DNA of 64,000 nucleotides from an uncultured virus (IMG/VR IMGVR_UViG_2687453420_000004) (IMGVR_UViG_2687453420_000004), one strand, 5' to 3'; positions 1 to 9,949 are shown, counted from the stretch's first letter. Notes: generated by a model from the sequence alone, not told the origin. Numbers and translations: made by a program.

Positions 1-822
1 TCAAATTTTTAATCTATAATTATTTTCCTTTCCAACTATTTCAACAGTATAATCCTTTGCCATTTCAATTATTCTACTTCCTATAGCTTCATCAAAATCT
101 AGGAGCCTTTCTACAGTAAATTCAGAACTAACTATTATGGGTAAATAATTCATATATCTATAATTAATTATTTCAAACATTATATTTGTATCAGATTCAT
201 TTACTTTACCCTTAAATAAATCATCTATAAGAAGAAGCTTTGCCTTTTGGTACTTAGATAAAATCTTACTATAATATTCTTCATCTATCACATTTTGTTT
301 TATTTTTGTTATAGTATTTCTATAAGACATATATACAACTGGAACTTGTTTGTTCCTTAAAAAATTTACAGCTAAAGCTATACTTAAATGAGTTTTGCCG
401 CTACCTACTTGACCTATAAAAGCTATACTATTTCGCCTTGTATTTTTGATTTTATCAAAGTTTTTATAGTATTGAATGGCTGTATTCTTTGCTAATTCAG
501 TTGTTTCATTATAGGGTTTATAGTTTGAAAAGGTATGTTTAGATTGCTCTGTATTTATTCCTGCTAAGTTCCACATATCTTTAGCCCTTTGCATTTCATA
601 GCAGCTACATCTTTTGCAATAAACTCTACCCTCTTTATCTATATCAGTTATCCATGTACTACCACCGCATTTATTACAAACTTCTTTATATGAGTCCCTT
701 GCACTCTCTATCCCTTTGCAATTTAGGTTTTGGTGGTTTATACCCAAACCATTTTCTCTTTGATTCTTTATCTCCTCCATTATTCTGTTTATACTCGTTT
801 TTAATACCACCAAAATCACCAC
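1..822 (-). CDS. DnaC/IstB-like AAA+ ATPase (helicase-loader type), outside the att-defined prophage
   Basis: CNKCGG...CKRCSC Zn motif, Walker A GQVGSGKT, Walker B LLLIDDL, IINYRY and SRIIEM motifs. Confidence 0.85.
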   Translation of the reverse strand: MVILVVLKTSINRIMEEIKNQRENGLGINHQNLNCKGIESARDSYKEVCNKCGGSTWITDIDKEGRVYCKRCSCYEMQRAKDMWNLAGINTEQSKHTFSNYKPYNETTELAKNTAIQYYKNFDKIKNTRRNSIAFIGQVGSGKTHLSIALAVNFLRNKQVPVVYMSYRNTITKIKQNVIDEEYYSKILSKYQKAKLLLIDDLFKGKVNESDTNIMFEIINYRYMNYLPIIVSSEFTVERLLDFDEAIGSRIIEMAKDYTVEIVGKENNYRLKI

Positions 823-1109
823 CTTTTACCTTCTTATTTTCCATCACACCCCCATTTATTTTCCAGTTTTCTAAAATCTCCTTAATATCCTTATATCTAT
901 GTTTACCAAATTCATAATTAATTATTTTTCTTAAAACCTAATTAAATAATAAAAAAGTATTATAAAACTTTATGTAACAAAAATATTTTTAAAAAATATT
1001 TTAATAGTATGAGGATAAATTAGGAGGGTTACAACGGTCAAAAAATTATATAAATAATTATAAAAAATATTTAAAATAAGACCTATATAAATTTGGGGGT
1101 GGATTTTTA

Positions 1110-1363
1110 ATGAAAGTTGTAGTTATCGGTGGCGGTTGGGCCGGATGTGCCGCAGCTATAAGTGCTAAAAAGGCTGGTGCTGATGTTAGTATATTGGAAA
1201 AGACAGATTTGCTTTTAGGCTTGGGTAACGTTGGTGGAATAATGAGAAATAACGGAAGATTTACCGCAGCAGAGGAGCTTATAGCTTTAGGTGCTGGTGA
1301 TTTAATAAATATAACAGATGAAAACAGTAGACATAAAAACATAGATTTTCCTGGTCATAAACA
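1110..1363 (+). pseudogene. 5' fragment (codons 1-84) of host GidA/TrmFO-like FAD-dependent oxidoreductase, interrupted by the prophage
   Basis: N-terminal Rossmann motif VVVIGGGWAG; the frame continues seamlessly at 61600 (GHKH|AWLYDVNK). Confidence 0.9.
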
Positions 1364-1387
1364 TGCATGATTGATATAATTGCGACA
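1338..1387 (+). other. attL of prophage (crossover CA at 1362-1363; P' arm 1364-1387)
   Basis: P' arm is a 19/24 inverted match to 61576-61599; ACA shared with 61599-61601. Confidence 0.88.
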
Positions 1388-1834
1388 ATTCCTCCAAATA
1401 TTAACTTTACCTTAGATAAATTATACACTATATCTGAAAATGATACTATAGGAGAACGTATAAGAAAATTAAGGAAACTGAAAGATATGACTACTAAAGA
1501 GCTAGGAGAAAAAATAGGAATAACATCTGCTGGAATAATTAACTATGAAAATAACAACGCATATCCCTCAGCTCCAATAATATTGAAATTGTACACATTA
1601 CTAAGTAAAAATATAGCTTGCGATGATTATAGTAATTTTATAATATCTAAGTATTGGGAAAAATTAAAAGAGTGGAGAATAAATAATAAACTAACTCAAA
1701 AAGATGCTGCTACATTTTTACAAGTTGCTGAACGTACATACTATTCTTGGGAAAAGTGTAATTCTTATATAACTAGACATACATTTAATAAAATAAAAAA
1801 TAAATTAATTCAATTAACAACTAAGGAGCCTTAA
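1367..1834 (+). CDS. Double XRE-family HTH protein starting within attL
   Basis: Two HTH_3-like domains (IGERIRKLRK..., LKEWRINNKLTQKDAA); ATG overlaps the host-fragment stop (ATGA 1367-1370). Confidence 0.85.
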   Translation: MIDIIATIPPNINFTLDKLYTISENDTIGERIRKLRKLKDMTTKELGEKIGITSAGIINYENNNAYPSAPIILKLYTLLSKNIACDDYSNFIISKYWEKLKEWRINNKLTQKDAATFLQVAERTYYSWEKCNSYITRHTFNKIKNKLIQLTTKEP

Positions 1835-1846
1835 TTGGCTCCTGTT
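1822..1846. terminator. Bidirectional intrinsic terminator candidate
   Basis: AGGAGCC-ttaatt-GGCTCCT hairpin between convergent genes. Confidence 0.6.
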
Positions 1847-1998
1847 TATAATTTTAAAACTATCACATATATAATTATTAATAAACTATCCGCTATACAT
1901 CCCCATTTCATAGAGTTTTTATTACTATTATCTTTTTTATTGAAAAGTTTATTGCCAGTAAATCCTATCATACAAGACATTATTATATATTTAACCAT
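1846..1998 (-). CDS. Small membrane protein (50 aa), last gene of the ATPase operon; missing from ORF track
   Basis: AGGAGG RBS + ATG; MVKYIIMSCMIG...SLLIIIYVIVLKL with two hydrophobic ends. Confidence 0.6.
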   Translation of the reverse strand: MVKYIIMSCMIGFTGNKLFNKKDNSNKNSMKWGCIADSLLIIIYVIVLKL

Positions 1999-2006
1999 AT
2001 ATCCTC

Positions 2007-4391
2007 CTAATTTAATGGTTTAGGTAATTTAGTTATAAATTTAGCATAACCTTTTTCATATTTTATTAGATTCAAGCTATGAAATTGTTTTAAGTTTAAA
2101 AGATCCTCAAGTTCATAAGGATTCATTTCTTCCCTAAGTTCTTCAAAATTCTTTTTATCCGCTCCTTGTAACAACATATAAGAAGCTCCACTGGCTTTAA
2201 TTTCATTCTTGAGTTGTGGAATAAGTTGATTCATATAGTGAGCTGATATAATGATCTTAGTTCCAAATTTTCTTAATTGAGATAATACTGAACAAATAAC
2301 ATTTTCTGCAGTAGGTGCCTGATATAATTCATCATAAAACACATTACATCTAGAAGGTTTTTCATGAAGTGCTCCTCTTAACTTTGTAGCCAATACTATT
2401 TTAGAAGTAAAAAAAGTAACAAGTACGTTTTTGACCATTTGATTATTAAATGAATCCTCTGGCATCTTAATAAGAATTACCTTGCCTTGATCCATAGCTT
2501 CAACAAAATCTATATTATTGCTACAACTCATATTAAACATATATTTAAGGTATATATTTTCTTGAATAAGATTTACTCTATCTAAAATTCCATCTATCTT
2601 ACTTTCTTTTGTCCCTACTATTTCTCTGCTTATTACTTCTTTTGTCTTTTTATCTTTTTCTTCTTTAATATCATCCAATTCCTTTAATGTAGTTATCATA
2701 TCAGAAAAGTAATTTTCACCATCTTCACTCAATTTATTTATATGGTTGATATAATAATCTCTTTTTTTAAAGTCCTGTAGACACTTTATAACATCACCTA
2801 TAGAAGTATCATCATGAATATAGACAAGATTGGCTGCTGCGCTTAAATACCTTCGCATTTTACTTGTTAAAGGTAATCCATCAGTATTTATAGCATCTAT
2901 AAAAGACATTGTCTGCTCTGCTTTCATATTAGCCATTTTAAACATTGTAAATTCATCTTCACCTTCTGATTTAACTTCATTAAACCCTAGCCCTTGAAAA
3001 CATTCTTTCTTAGATAAATCCAATTCTATTACATCTTCTTTTCTTACACTTCTTTTTACTGTATTAGCTAATTCACAGTTTTTAATATAATCTAAAATTA
3101 TTACAGATTCTCTTTTATCATTTGCATTTTTACACATATTTGCAATAAAAGTTGTTTTCCCTCCACCCTGTGGACTTAATAAAAGCAATGCTAAATTACC
3201 AAAATTATATTCATCTCTCATGTATGCTTTGTATTCTTTACCTTTATAATTTGAAGGTCCTAAATAAACATATCCCTTTTGTAATTCTTCAGGAATAGGA
3301 TTTTCAAGTACATCTACCTTTGTATTAATCTTAAATCTTTGTAGTAACTCTCTTCCTGGAATCTGCATAAAATTATTACATTCTAAAGTACTCATTCTAT
3401 TAATATCAACCTTTTTAAACTTATAATCATAAGGATCTATCTTTGATTTGCTATTTACTTTTTTATATTGTAGCGAGTTATCTTGACCTAAATTTTTATA
3501 AGATTCTAACACTGCAAAAGCATTGTTTTGTTGCCTTAATTTATCTTTACTTATACTAGAAACTAATAATTGTGTATCTAGCACTACAGCATTTTCTTTT
3601 CTTCTTGTTATAGTTGAAAGATTAGTTAATTTATCTATAGATGTAATCGCAATTTCCGAATGTGTTCTAGGTGTCCCATCTCCAACAAAGTCATTGAACA
3701 CATCAAAAACTAAATCTATGAATTTTATTGCTCCTATACCTATATATTTAAGAATTACAAAGAAGTCTAATTTTTCTTTATCTATTGGAAAACCCGCTTG
3801 TATTTTCTTCATAGTTTCCTTATAGTTGCCCTTCCACTTGCTTTGATTAACAGGAATAAAATTATACAAAATATCTATTTTATCTTCTTCTTCTATTATA
3901 TCTATTACATTTAATATGTTATTTAAAGGGTCATTAGTTTTTTTGTTAACCTTTAAACTTAAAGCATCTTCTTTATCATAATATAATTGGTATTTTAAAG
4001 ATTTATTAAATTCTTTTTCATCCATTGGTATAGTATCAACTTCTTTTACAGTTATTCTTTTCCATGTTTCTGTGCACTTTTCTATAAATAAGTTTTTATA
4101 TAATTTAGGTACTACCATATAAAAAGTACAATCTTCTTTAGTAATGCTAATTTGAAATAAAACCTTTGCAGGCAATTTATATACAACTTTAAAACCTTTA
4201 TTTTTCACTTCTTTCATTATTCTCTGATATGGTATCCTATACATATTCGCTATTGTTTTAGCAATAAGTTCAGTATCATAATTACGATTACTTGTATCTG
4301 GTGTAATATGCAATACTGAATATTTGGGTTTTACTATTTCAAACCAATCACTCATTTTATAAGTTTTTTCCTTTTTAAAAAAATCAAACAT
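2007..4391 (-). CDS. VirB4/VirD4/HerA-FtsK-type P-loop ATPase
   Basis: Walker A LLLSPQGGGKTT, Walker B NVFYDELYQ, SQLRKFG..IIISAH motif. Confidence 0.75.
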   Translation of the reverse strand: MFDFFKKEKTYKMSDWFEIVKPKYSVLHITPDTSNRNYDTELIAKTIANMYRIPYQRIMKEVKNKGFKVVYKLPAKVLFQISITKEDCTFYMVVPKLYKNLFIEKCTETWKRITVKEVDTIPMDEKEFNKSLKYQLYYDKEDALSLKVNKKTNDPLNNILNVIDIIEEEDKIDILYNFIPVNQSKWKGNYKETMKKIQAGFPIDKEKLDFFVILKYIGIGAIKFIDLVFDVFNDFVGDGTPRTHSEIAITSIDKLTNLSTITRRKENAVVLDTQLLVSSISKDKLRQQNNAFAVLESYKNLGQDNSLQYKKVNSKSKIDPYDYKFKKVDINRMSTLECNNFMQIPGRELLQRFKINTKVDVLENPIPEELQKGYVYLGPSNYKGKEYKAYMRDEYNFGNLALLLLSPQGGGKTTFIANMCKNANDKRESVIILDYIKNCELANTVKRSVRKEDVIELDLSKKECFQGLGFNEVKSEGEDEFTMFKMANMKAEQTMSFIDAINTDGLPLTSKMRRYLSAAANLVYIHDDTSIGDVIKCLQDFKKRDYYINHINKLSEDGENYFSDMITTLKELDDIKEEKDKKTKEVISREIVGTKESKIDGILDRVNLIQENIYLKYMFNMSCSNNIDFVEAMDQGKVILIKMPEDSFNNQMVKNVLVTFFTSKIVLATKLRGALHEKPSRCNVFYDELYQAPTAENVICSVLSQLRKFGTKIIISAHYMNQLIPQLKNEIKASGASYMLLQGADKKNFEELREEMNPYELEDLLNLKQFHSLNLIKYEKGYAKFITKLPKPLN

Positions 4392-4401
4392 AGTTTTCTC
4401 C

Positions 4402-4728
4402 TTATAAAGAACTATTAAACATCATTATTATAATGTAAGTTATAATACTTCCTTTTGCCCATAATTTTCCCTTCTTCCAACCTATAATGTAAGCTATAAT
4501 ACTAAAAAGACATATAAACATACATATCCAAAAGCTATTTTTAACAACACTCACCCAAACAACCGCTGAAAATTCCTTAGGGTGTTTTGTGTAATATATA
4601 AAATTAGATATAGATTCAAAGAAAGCTTTAGTATTGGCATTAAATTCATTTATGCTTTTAACAATTTCAAAATTAGATATATCCAAATGACTATTTATAT
4701 TACCTTGTAAAAATTCTTGTACGCTCAT
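4402..4728 (-). CDS. Small two-TM membrane protein
   Basis: Two C-terminal hydrophobic helices; GGAGG RBS; operon position. Confidence 0.7.
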   Translation of the reverse strand: MSVQEFLQGNINSHLDISNFEIVKSINEFNANTKAFFESISNFIYYTKHPKEFSAVVWVSVVKNSFWICMFICLFSIIAYIIGWKKGKLWAKGSIITYIIIMMFNSSL

Positions 4729-4738
4729 TTGTTACCTC

Positions 4739-5173
4739 CTACATAAAAATACTTCTAATTAATTGGAACCCTTCTGGTATTAAATAGTTCATTATACATA
4801 TTAAAAATCCTGTTCCTACTTTCTTCCATGTTCCTTCGCCCTTAACTGCCAATTCCAATAGTGCTTTAAAAGCGTAAATCATAGAAGCCCAGAATATAAC
4901 AGATTGAGCTATTCCCACTAACCTCCAACCACCTTGATCTAATTTCGCTATTCCAGTTTTAGGTACTGCCATAACTTTTTCTGCATACATCAACCCTCCT
5001 AATGTAAAAGCTAATGCATTGTATAATTTATCTCCTTCTTTTAAATAAATACCTTCATCATTAAGTTTTTTTACCATTGTACAACTTAATTTCTCTATTT
5101 TAGTTTCATTAGTTTTTTTTATAACTTTTAAGCCTTCTTCAAATGTATAAACTTTCTTTTTATTTAAAAACAT
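4739..5173 (-). CDS. Membrane protein, TrbC/VirB2 pilin-like architecture
   Basis: Leader ending in a cleavage-like VMA, then two hydrophobic helices joined by a short basic loop. Confidence 0.5.
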   Translation of the reverse strand: MFLNKKKVYTFEEGLKVIKKTNETKIEKLSCTMVKKLNDEGIYLKEGDKLYNALAFTLGGLMYAEKVMAVPKTGIAKLDQGGWRLVGIAQSVIFWASMIYAFKALLELAVKGEGTWKKVGTGFLICIMNYLIPEGFQLIRSIFM

Positions 5174-5746
5174 ATAAACCTCCTGAATAATATTAATTAA
5201 ATTGGTAAAAATAAAGATATAATTTATGAAGGGATTTGATATTAATGGAATTTTTATTTTTTTGTTCTTCTACTTATGTTGTTCTAGAATTGCTTAAAAC
5301 TATATGCTGTAAATAAATATTAATATATTGTAAATAATCTAGATTTTAATTAAAATTAGTAAACTTTTTAAAAATTATTGCATACACTGCTAATGTGTAG
5401 CGAGTGTTAAAGAGTGATAGCTCATTAACCGAGCGAAATATTAAGCAGTGAATATGGGATAAGTCTAGCCTTCTGACAGGCTTTATTTTTATCTCTTTTT
5501 AAAGCTTAGAGCTGTACTTTTACAGCCATGCAACCTCTCCTCTCGTCATCATTTTAACTTTTAATCTTCTGTTAAGTTTTCTCATGTAACTTAAGCTATT
5601 CCGTTCTAATTCTTTTAAAGATACATCGAAAAATCGATAATATCGGTTGTTATAAAAAAGTTCTACTTTATACCACTCGCTTTGCTTATAATTAACCATA
5701 TGTTGTTACAATAGCATTTTTTTAATCTCATTTCCAAATTCATTAT

Positions 5747-5908
5747 TTAATCCTCCTCATATAAAATTTTTATTGGTAATGTGCCTTTAAGAATATCCTT
5801 AACCACTGCTCCTGGATTAGTAAATTCTAATAGTTTGCCATATAATTTTAATTCTTTTATGTCAGATTTTTTAAATTCTAATACTACTCTTAACCTATCT
5901 GCCATCAT
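5747..5908 (-). CDS. Small phage protein (53 aa), missing from ORF track
   Basis: GGGGG RBS; MMADRLRVVLEFKKSD...ILYEED. Confidence 0.65.
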   Translation of the reverse strand: MMADRLRVVLEFKKSDIKELKLYGKLLEFTNPGAVVKDILKGTLPIKILYEED

Positions 5909-6029
5909 TGTCGCCCCCTGTATTATTTCTCGTCATCTTAATACATAGTATTCATATTTTCTGAATTTGATACCATCTATTTTAATTTTTTTCTGAAAAC
6001 ATGAATTTAAAGCATAAAAAAATATGGCA

Positions 6030-6230
6030 CTATTCTAAATACCATATTTCATCTGTCTTTTTATTTAATTTTTTAGCTATGATAAAAGCTAATTCTAGTT
6101 TTGGATTGCAAACTCCGCTTTCCCACTGGCAATAAGTCGTATTTGCTATTTTAAGCATTTTCGCAAATTCTTTTTGCCCCAACATGTACTCGGTCATTCT
6201 TATTTCTTTTAATCTATTTTTAAGTGCCAC
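6030..6230 (-). CDS. XRE-family HTH regulator
   Basis: NRLKEIR...QWESGVCNPKLELAFIIAKKL; sigH-like GGGA-17-GAAT upstream. Confidence 0.85.
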   Translation of the reverse strand: MALKNRLKEIRMTEYMLGQKEFAKMLKIANTTYCQWESGVCNPKLELAFIIAKKLNKKTDEIWYLE

Positions 6231-6350
6231 ACTATCACCTCAACATCAAAATGTACACTAATTATTATATTGTATATTCTATTTCAATTTACTAATTCCC
6301 TTTATATGTTTAAAATTTATATTAATGTAAATAATTAAGATGGTGATAAT

Positions 6351-6440
6351 ATGAAAAGTAAAATAAGAATAGACTTATGTATAACAATAACTTTTATAAT
6401 GATGGTATGTATATGTATACCTCTATTGTTCAAAAAATAA
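6351..6440 (+). CDS. 29-aa hydrophobic peptide
   Basis: GGTGA RBS; MKSKIRIDLCITITFIMMVCICIPLLFKK followed by a hairpin. Confidence 0.5.
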   Translation: MKSKIRIDLCITITFIMMVCICIPLLFKK

Positions 6441-6490
6441 AAAAGGTAACTCCAATTAAGGAATTGTTTTTGATTGAAATATCTATATCT

Positions 6491-6652
6491 TGGATATAAT
6501 AAAAATGCCGAAAACTATACCAATCTATATATAAAAATCCACAAAAAAGAACCCTATTTATTGGGGTTCTTTTTTTGGGAGATATACGTTTAGCTTATCG
6601 CAAACTATTATATTTAATTAATATTCTACATATGTTAAAAAATTCCTTTAAA
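6491..6652. repeat. Convergent promoter-terminator-promoter unit U1 (candidate sRNA pair)
   Basis: TGGATATAAT (+), AAAAAGAACCC/GGGTTCTTTTT hairpin, AGGA-17-GAAT (-). Confidence 0.75.
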
Positions 6653-6946
6653 ATTAAAAAATGATAGCTATAGCATAAGCTATTATTTATCTATATGTAA
6701 CTATTTTAATAATAACTACCTACTGGAACATTTTTTACTAAATCAACTTTGAAATTTATGTGTTTCTGTACTAAATTTTTATACAACTATTATAATAAAT
6801 GAATATCAATAATACACATGTTATTTTTTAACACGAAAGTTTTTCTCCTTTATACTAGCATTATATACATTCTAAATTAATATATTTAGAATATAGGTCT
6901 TAAAACTAAAGTTACTTAAAATTTAACTATAAAAGGAGGAAAATTA

Positions 6947-8071
6947 ATGAATTTAAAATTTAAAAGTGTGTTTTCTATTTTTATTGCTATAATGATTGTA
7001 TTCTTATTAAATTCAATAGCATATGCAGAAGATACCAACGGAGTTTCTTCATATACTCCTATTAGAGGAAAAGTTTTAAAAGTTATAAAAGAATATGATG
7101 AAATTCAAGGTCAAGGCAAAGAATCTGAAAAACTTAAAGTGCAAAATTTACAAATTGAAATATTAGAAGGAAAATATAGAGGTAAGAAAGTATCTATAGA
7201 TAACCACATATCTACTTCCAAACAAAATGGTACATGCTATGCAAATAATGATGAAGTCCTTTTAATCGTGGAACCTGGAGAAAAGGGTGAAATATCATCT
7301 GTAAGTATTTATCAATTCACAAGGGACAAGTATTTAAAATATTTTTTAATAAGTTTTTGTATAATAATGGTTTTAATTGGAAGATGGAAAGGAATAAAAT
7401 CTTTATTAACCTTAGGTATTACTGTATTTTTTATTGTGAATGTATTCTTAAAATATATTTTAAAGGGATATAATCCATTCATGATTTCTATTTTTGTATG
7501 TATATGCATTACTACTGTCACTTTCGTAATAGTAAGTGGCATAAACAGAAAAACCATATCTGTTATATTAGGAACTACTGGTGGGGTCATGATCGCAGAA
7601 CTAATAGCTGTCTTTGTAGGTAATTTATGCAAAATAAATGCCATAAGTTCTGAAGAAGCCCAGGTACTTTTATATTCTAATCTAAATAATCCATTAAATT
7701 TTAAAAATATTTTTTTTGCTACAGTACTTATAGGTGCTTTAGGTGCTGTAATGGATGTAAGTATGTCCATATCTTCTTCTATGAGCGAAATAAGAGAAGC
7801 TAATGGAAATATAAGTACTGCAAAATTAATGAAATCAGGCATGAATATAGGAAGAGATATAATGGGCACAATGTCTAATACTTTAGTACTTGCCTATGCC
7901 AGTGGTGCAACTTTTCTTATTTTAAGTTGTATGGCCAATGGAGTTACTTTATTAGATATGATAAACCAAGATATGATAACATGCGAAATAATAAAAACCT
8001 TATCTGGTAGTATAGGCTTAATATTCACTATACCCTTTACTGTTATTATAAGTGGTATATTAGATAGATAA
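6947..8071 (+). CDS. YibE/F-family membrane protein
   Basis: IGALGAVMDVSMSISS, GMNIGRDIMGTMSNTLVLAY motifs. Confidence 0.9.
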   Translation: MNLKFKSVFSIFIAIMIVFLLNSIAYAEDTNGVSSYTPIRGKVLKVIKEYDEIQGQGKESEKLKVQNLQIEILEGKYRGKKVSIDNHISTSKQNGTCYANNDEVLLIVEPGEKGEISSVSIYQFTRDKYLKYFLISFCIIMVLIGRWKGIKSLLTLGITVFFIVNVFLKYILKGYNPFMISIFVCICITTVTFVIVSGINRKTISVILGTTGGVMIAELIAVFVGNLCKINAISSEEAQVLLYSNLNNPLNFKNIFFATVLIGALGAVMDVSMSISSSMSEIREANGNISTAKLMKSGMNIGRDIMGTMSNTLVLAYASGATFLILSCMANGVTLLDMINQDMITCEIIKTLSGSIGLIFTIPFTVIISGILDR

Positions 8072-8339
8072 AAATCAAAAACTTACTTGAATTACATATT
8101 AAATTGTGTGCATAATTTAATATGTATTGGTTAATCTTGTTATAAAAATATGTTATACATAAGGTAAAAGGGCTGCACCCATTTTTGAGCACAGCCTCTT
8201 ATTTTAAGTTTTATTTATCAAAATATGTAATATATTTTCATGAACTTAAGCAGAAATTTCTCCATTAATTTATTAATTGTAGTATCATTTCCTTTTTAAG
8301 CTTATACAAATTTAATTATCTATATAATTACTCCTAAAT

Positions 8340-8732
8340 TTAACAAGAAACCCCATCTACCTCATCATTATTTTTTTCAATAGTAATTATAAGTTTATGG
8401 GGAAGGCAAGCTGCTGTTTCCCCAGGTTTTCTCAATACTCCTGATTTTATACAAATCTTATTACGACAATTTGCTTCTATAAATCTAATAGATCCCTTAT
8501 CTACTTCTATAATATTATACCCTCTATAGCTACCTTCACTATAGTTAATTCTGAATTGTCTTTTTTCTTTTACTTTAGATAAATCAATTTTTTCTATAAT
8601 TTTACCATCCTGCTTTATTACAGCTACAGCCTTTTCAGATTTTGAAAAGAATTTAAAGAAAATTACACTTACTATACTTAAAACCAATAATGTAGTAACT
8701 ATATACATTACTATTTTATCACCTTTTTTCAT
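8340..8732 (-). CDS. NusG domain II / DUF1312-type membrane-anchored protein
   Basis: N-terminal TM; EANCRNKICIKSG...ACLPHKLII. Confidence 0.85.
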   Translation of the reverse strand: MKKGDKIVMYIVTTLLVLSIVSVIFFKFFSKSEKAVAVIKQDGKIIEKIDLSKVKEKRQFRINYSEGSYRGYNIIEVDKGSIRFIEANCRNKICIKSGVLRKPGETAACLPHKLIITIEKNNDEVDGVSC

Positions 8733-8756
8733 TAGCCCCCTCCTATTAAACTATAA

Positions 8757-8908
8757 ATATAATCAATATATTACATCAATCCATATAAAAAATCCATACA
8801 AAAAAGAACCCTATTTATTAGGGTTCTTTTCTTAAGCAAGGAGGTTGTCTAAATTATTGGTAAGCCGTTATATTTAATATTCTATAAATGTTAAAAAATT
8901 CCTTTAAA
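8757..8908. repeat. Unit U2 (left promoter degenerate)
   Basis: Same hairpin and sigH-like half as U1 and U6. Confidence 0.7.
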
Positions 8909-9307
8909 TAATAAACATAAAAACTCTAAAGGTTAATCCCTTAGAGTCTTTTTATCTATATGTTTAAGATTGTTTTTCTTCTTCATCTAATACTTTTGCT
9001 GCATTGTTATCATATAGCTTTAGAAGTGATTTTGTAAATATTTTTGAAGTATTCTTACCCATTATTACCTTTGCTTTTATATTTTTTTTATTCGTGATTA
9101 CCTCCTATAAATAAATTTAAAATTTATTACATTAATATAATCATTTATTTTTCTTTAATATTTATTAATTACTGATATTTTATTGTTTTAAATAACTATT
9201 AATTATAAAATAGTTATTTTAGTATTAGTAATCTTCTGCACTGTTATTTGTGGTAAATGGCATGGTAAATATTCCTATGTCTAATTCTGTTTTTGCCATT
9301 TCTTCCT

Positions 9308-9535
9308 TCAAATGACCCATGCTGTAAGACCACAATTGCTACACTCTCTAAACGCTAGTTTGCCTTTGTGATCATAAAATGAATGGAAATCATGACCTAA
9401 ATAATCGCAACATTTATGATTTTCTCCTCGCCCAACCGTAGCACCACATTTTGGGCAAGCCTCTGCTGCATAAGTACTAGATACATTCATCCCAAGTATC
9501 AATGCTGTTAAGAGACCAATTACAATTTTTTTCAT
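9308..9535 (-). CDS. Secreted Cys/His-rich small protein, paralog B
   Basis: Sec signal ending TYA-A; CxxC...HxCCDYLGHD...CxxC. Confidence 0.8.
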   Translation of the reverse strand: MKKIVIGLLTALILGMNVSSTYAAEACPKCGATVGRGENHKCCDYLGHDFHSFYDHKGKLAFRECSNCGLTAWVI

Positions 9536-9762
9536 TTAGTCATCCCCCTTTAAATTATTTTATCTGTTAAATTATTTTAACTTAACAGATTCTTATTATA
9601 TAATTTCTACATTTATACAATTTCCCCTTTATAATTTTTCCCAAAAATTCAGACATTTCACATCATTTTTCAATGAAATAATACAAAACGTGGTATTCCC
9701 AAGAGAAAGTACCTTTCAAATTAATATATTATATATTTCTGGTTGATTAACTTTTCTACATC

Positions 9763-9925
9763 TGGATATAATAAAAATAGACCAAAACATAGCACCAATA
9801 TATGGAAAAATCATGCAAAAAGAACCCTAATAAATAGGGTTCTTTTGTTTAAATAAGGAGTTTTATGTGTAACATATAGAAAACTATTATATTTTATAAT
9901 TCTACACATGTAAAAAAATTCCTTC
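9763..9925. repeat. Unit U3
   Basis: TGGATATAATAAAAAT, GAACCCTA hairpin, sigH-like half. Confidence 0.75.
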
Positions 9926-9949
9926 ACATTTGATTTAATTTATTTTTCC

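Noticed and set aside
6470..6545. Hydrophobic peptides on the minus strand of the repeat units (e.g. IGIVFGIFIISKI)
   Set aside because: No start codon or RBS, and the frame is inconsistent between copies.
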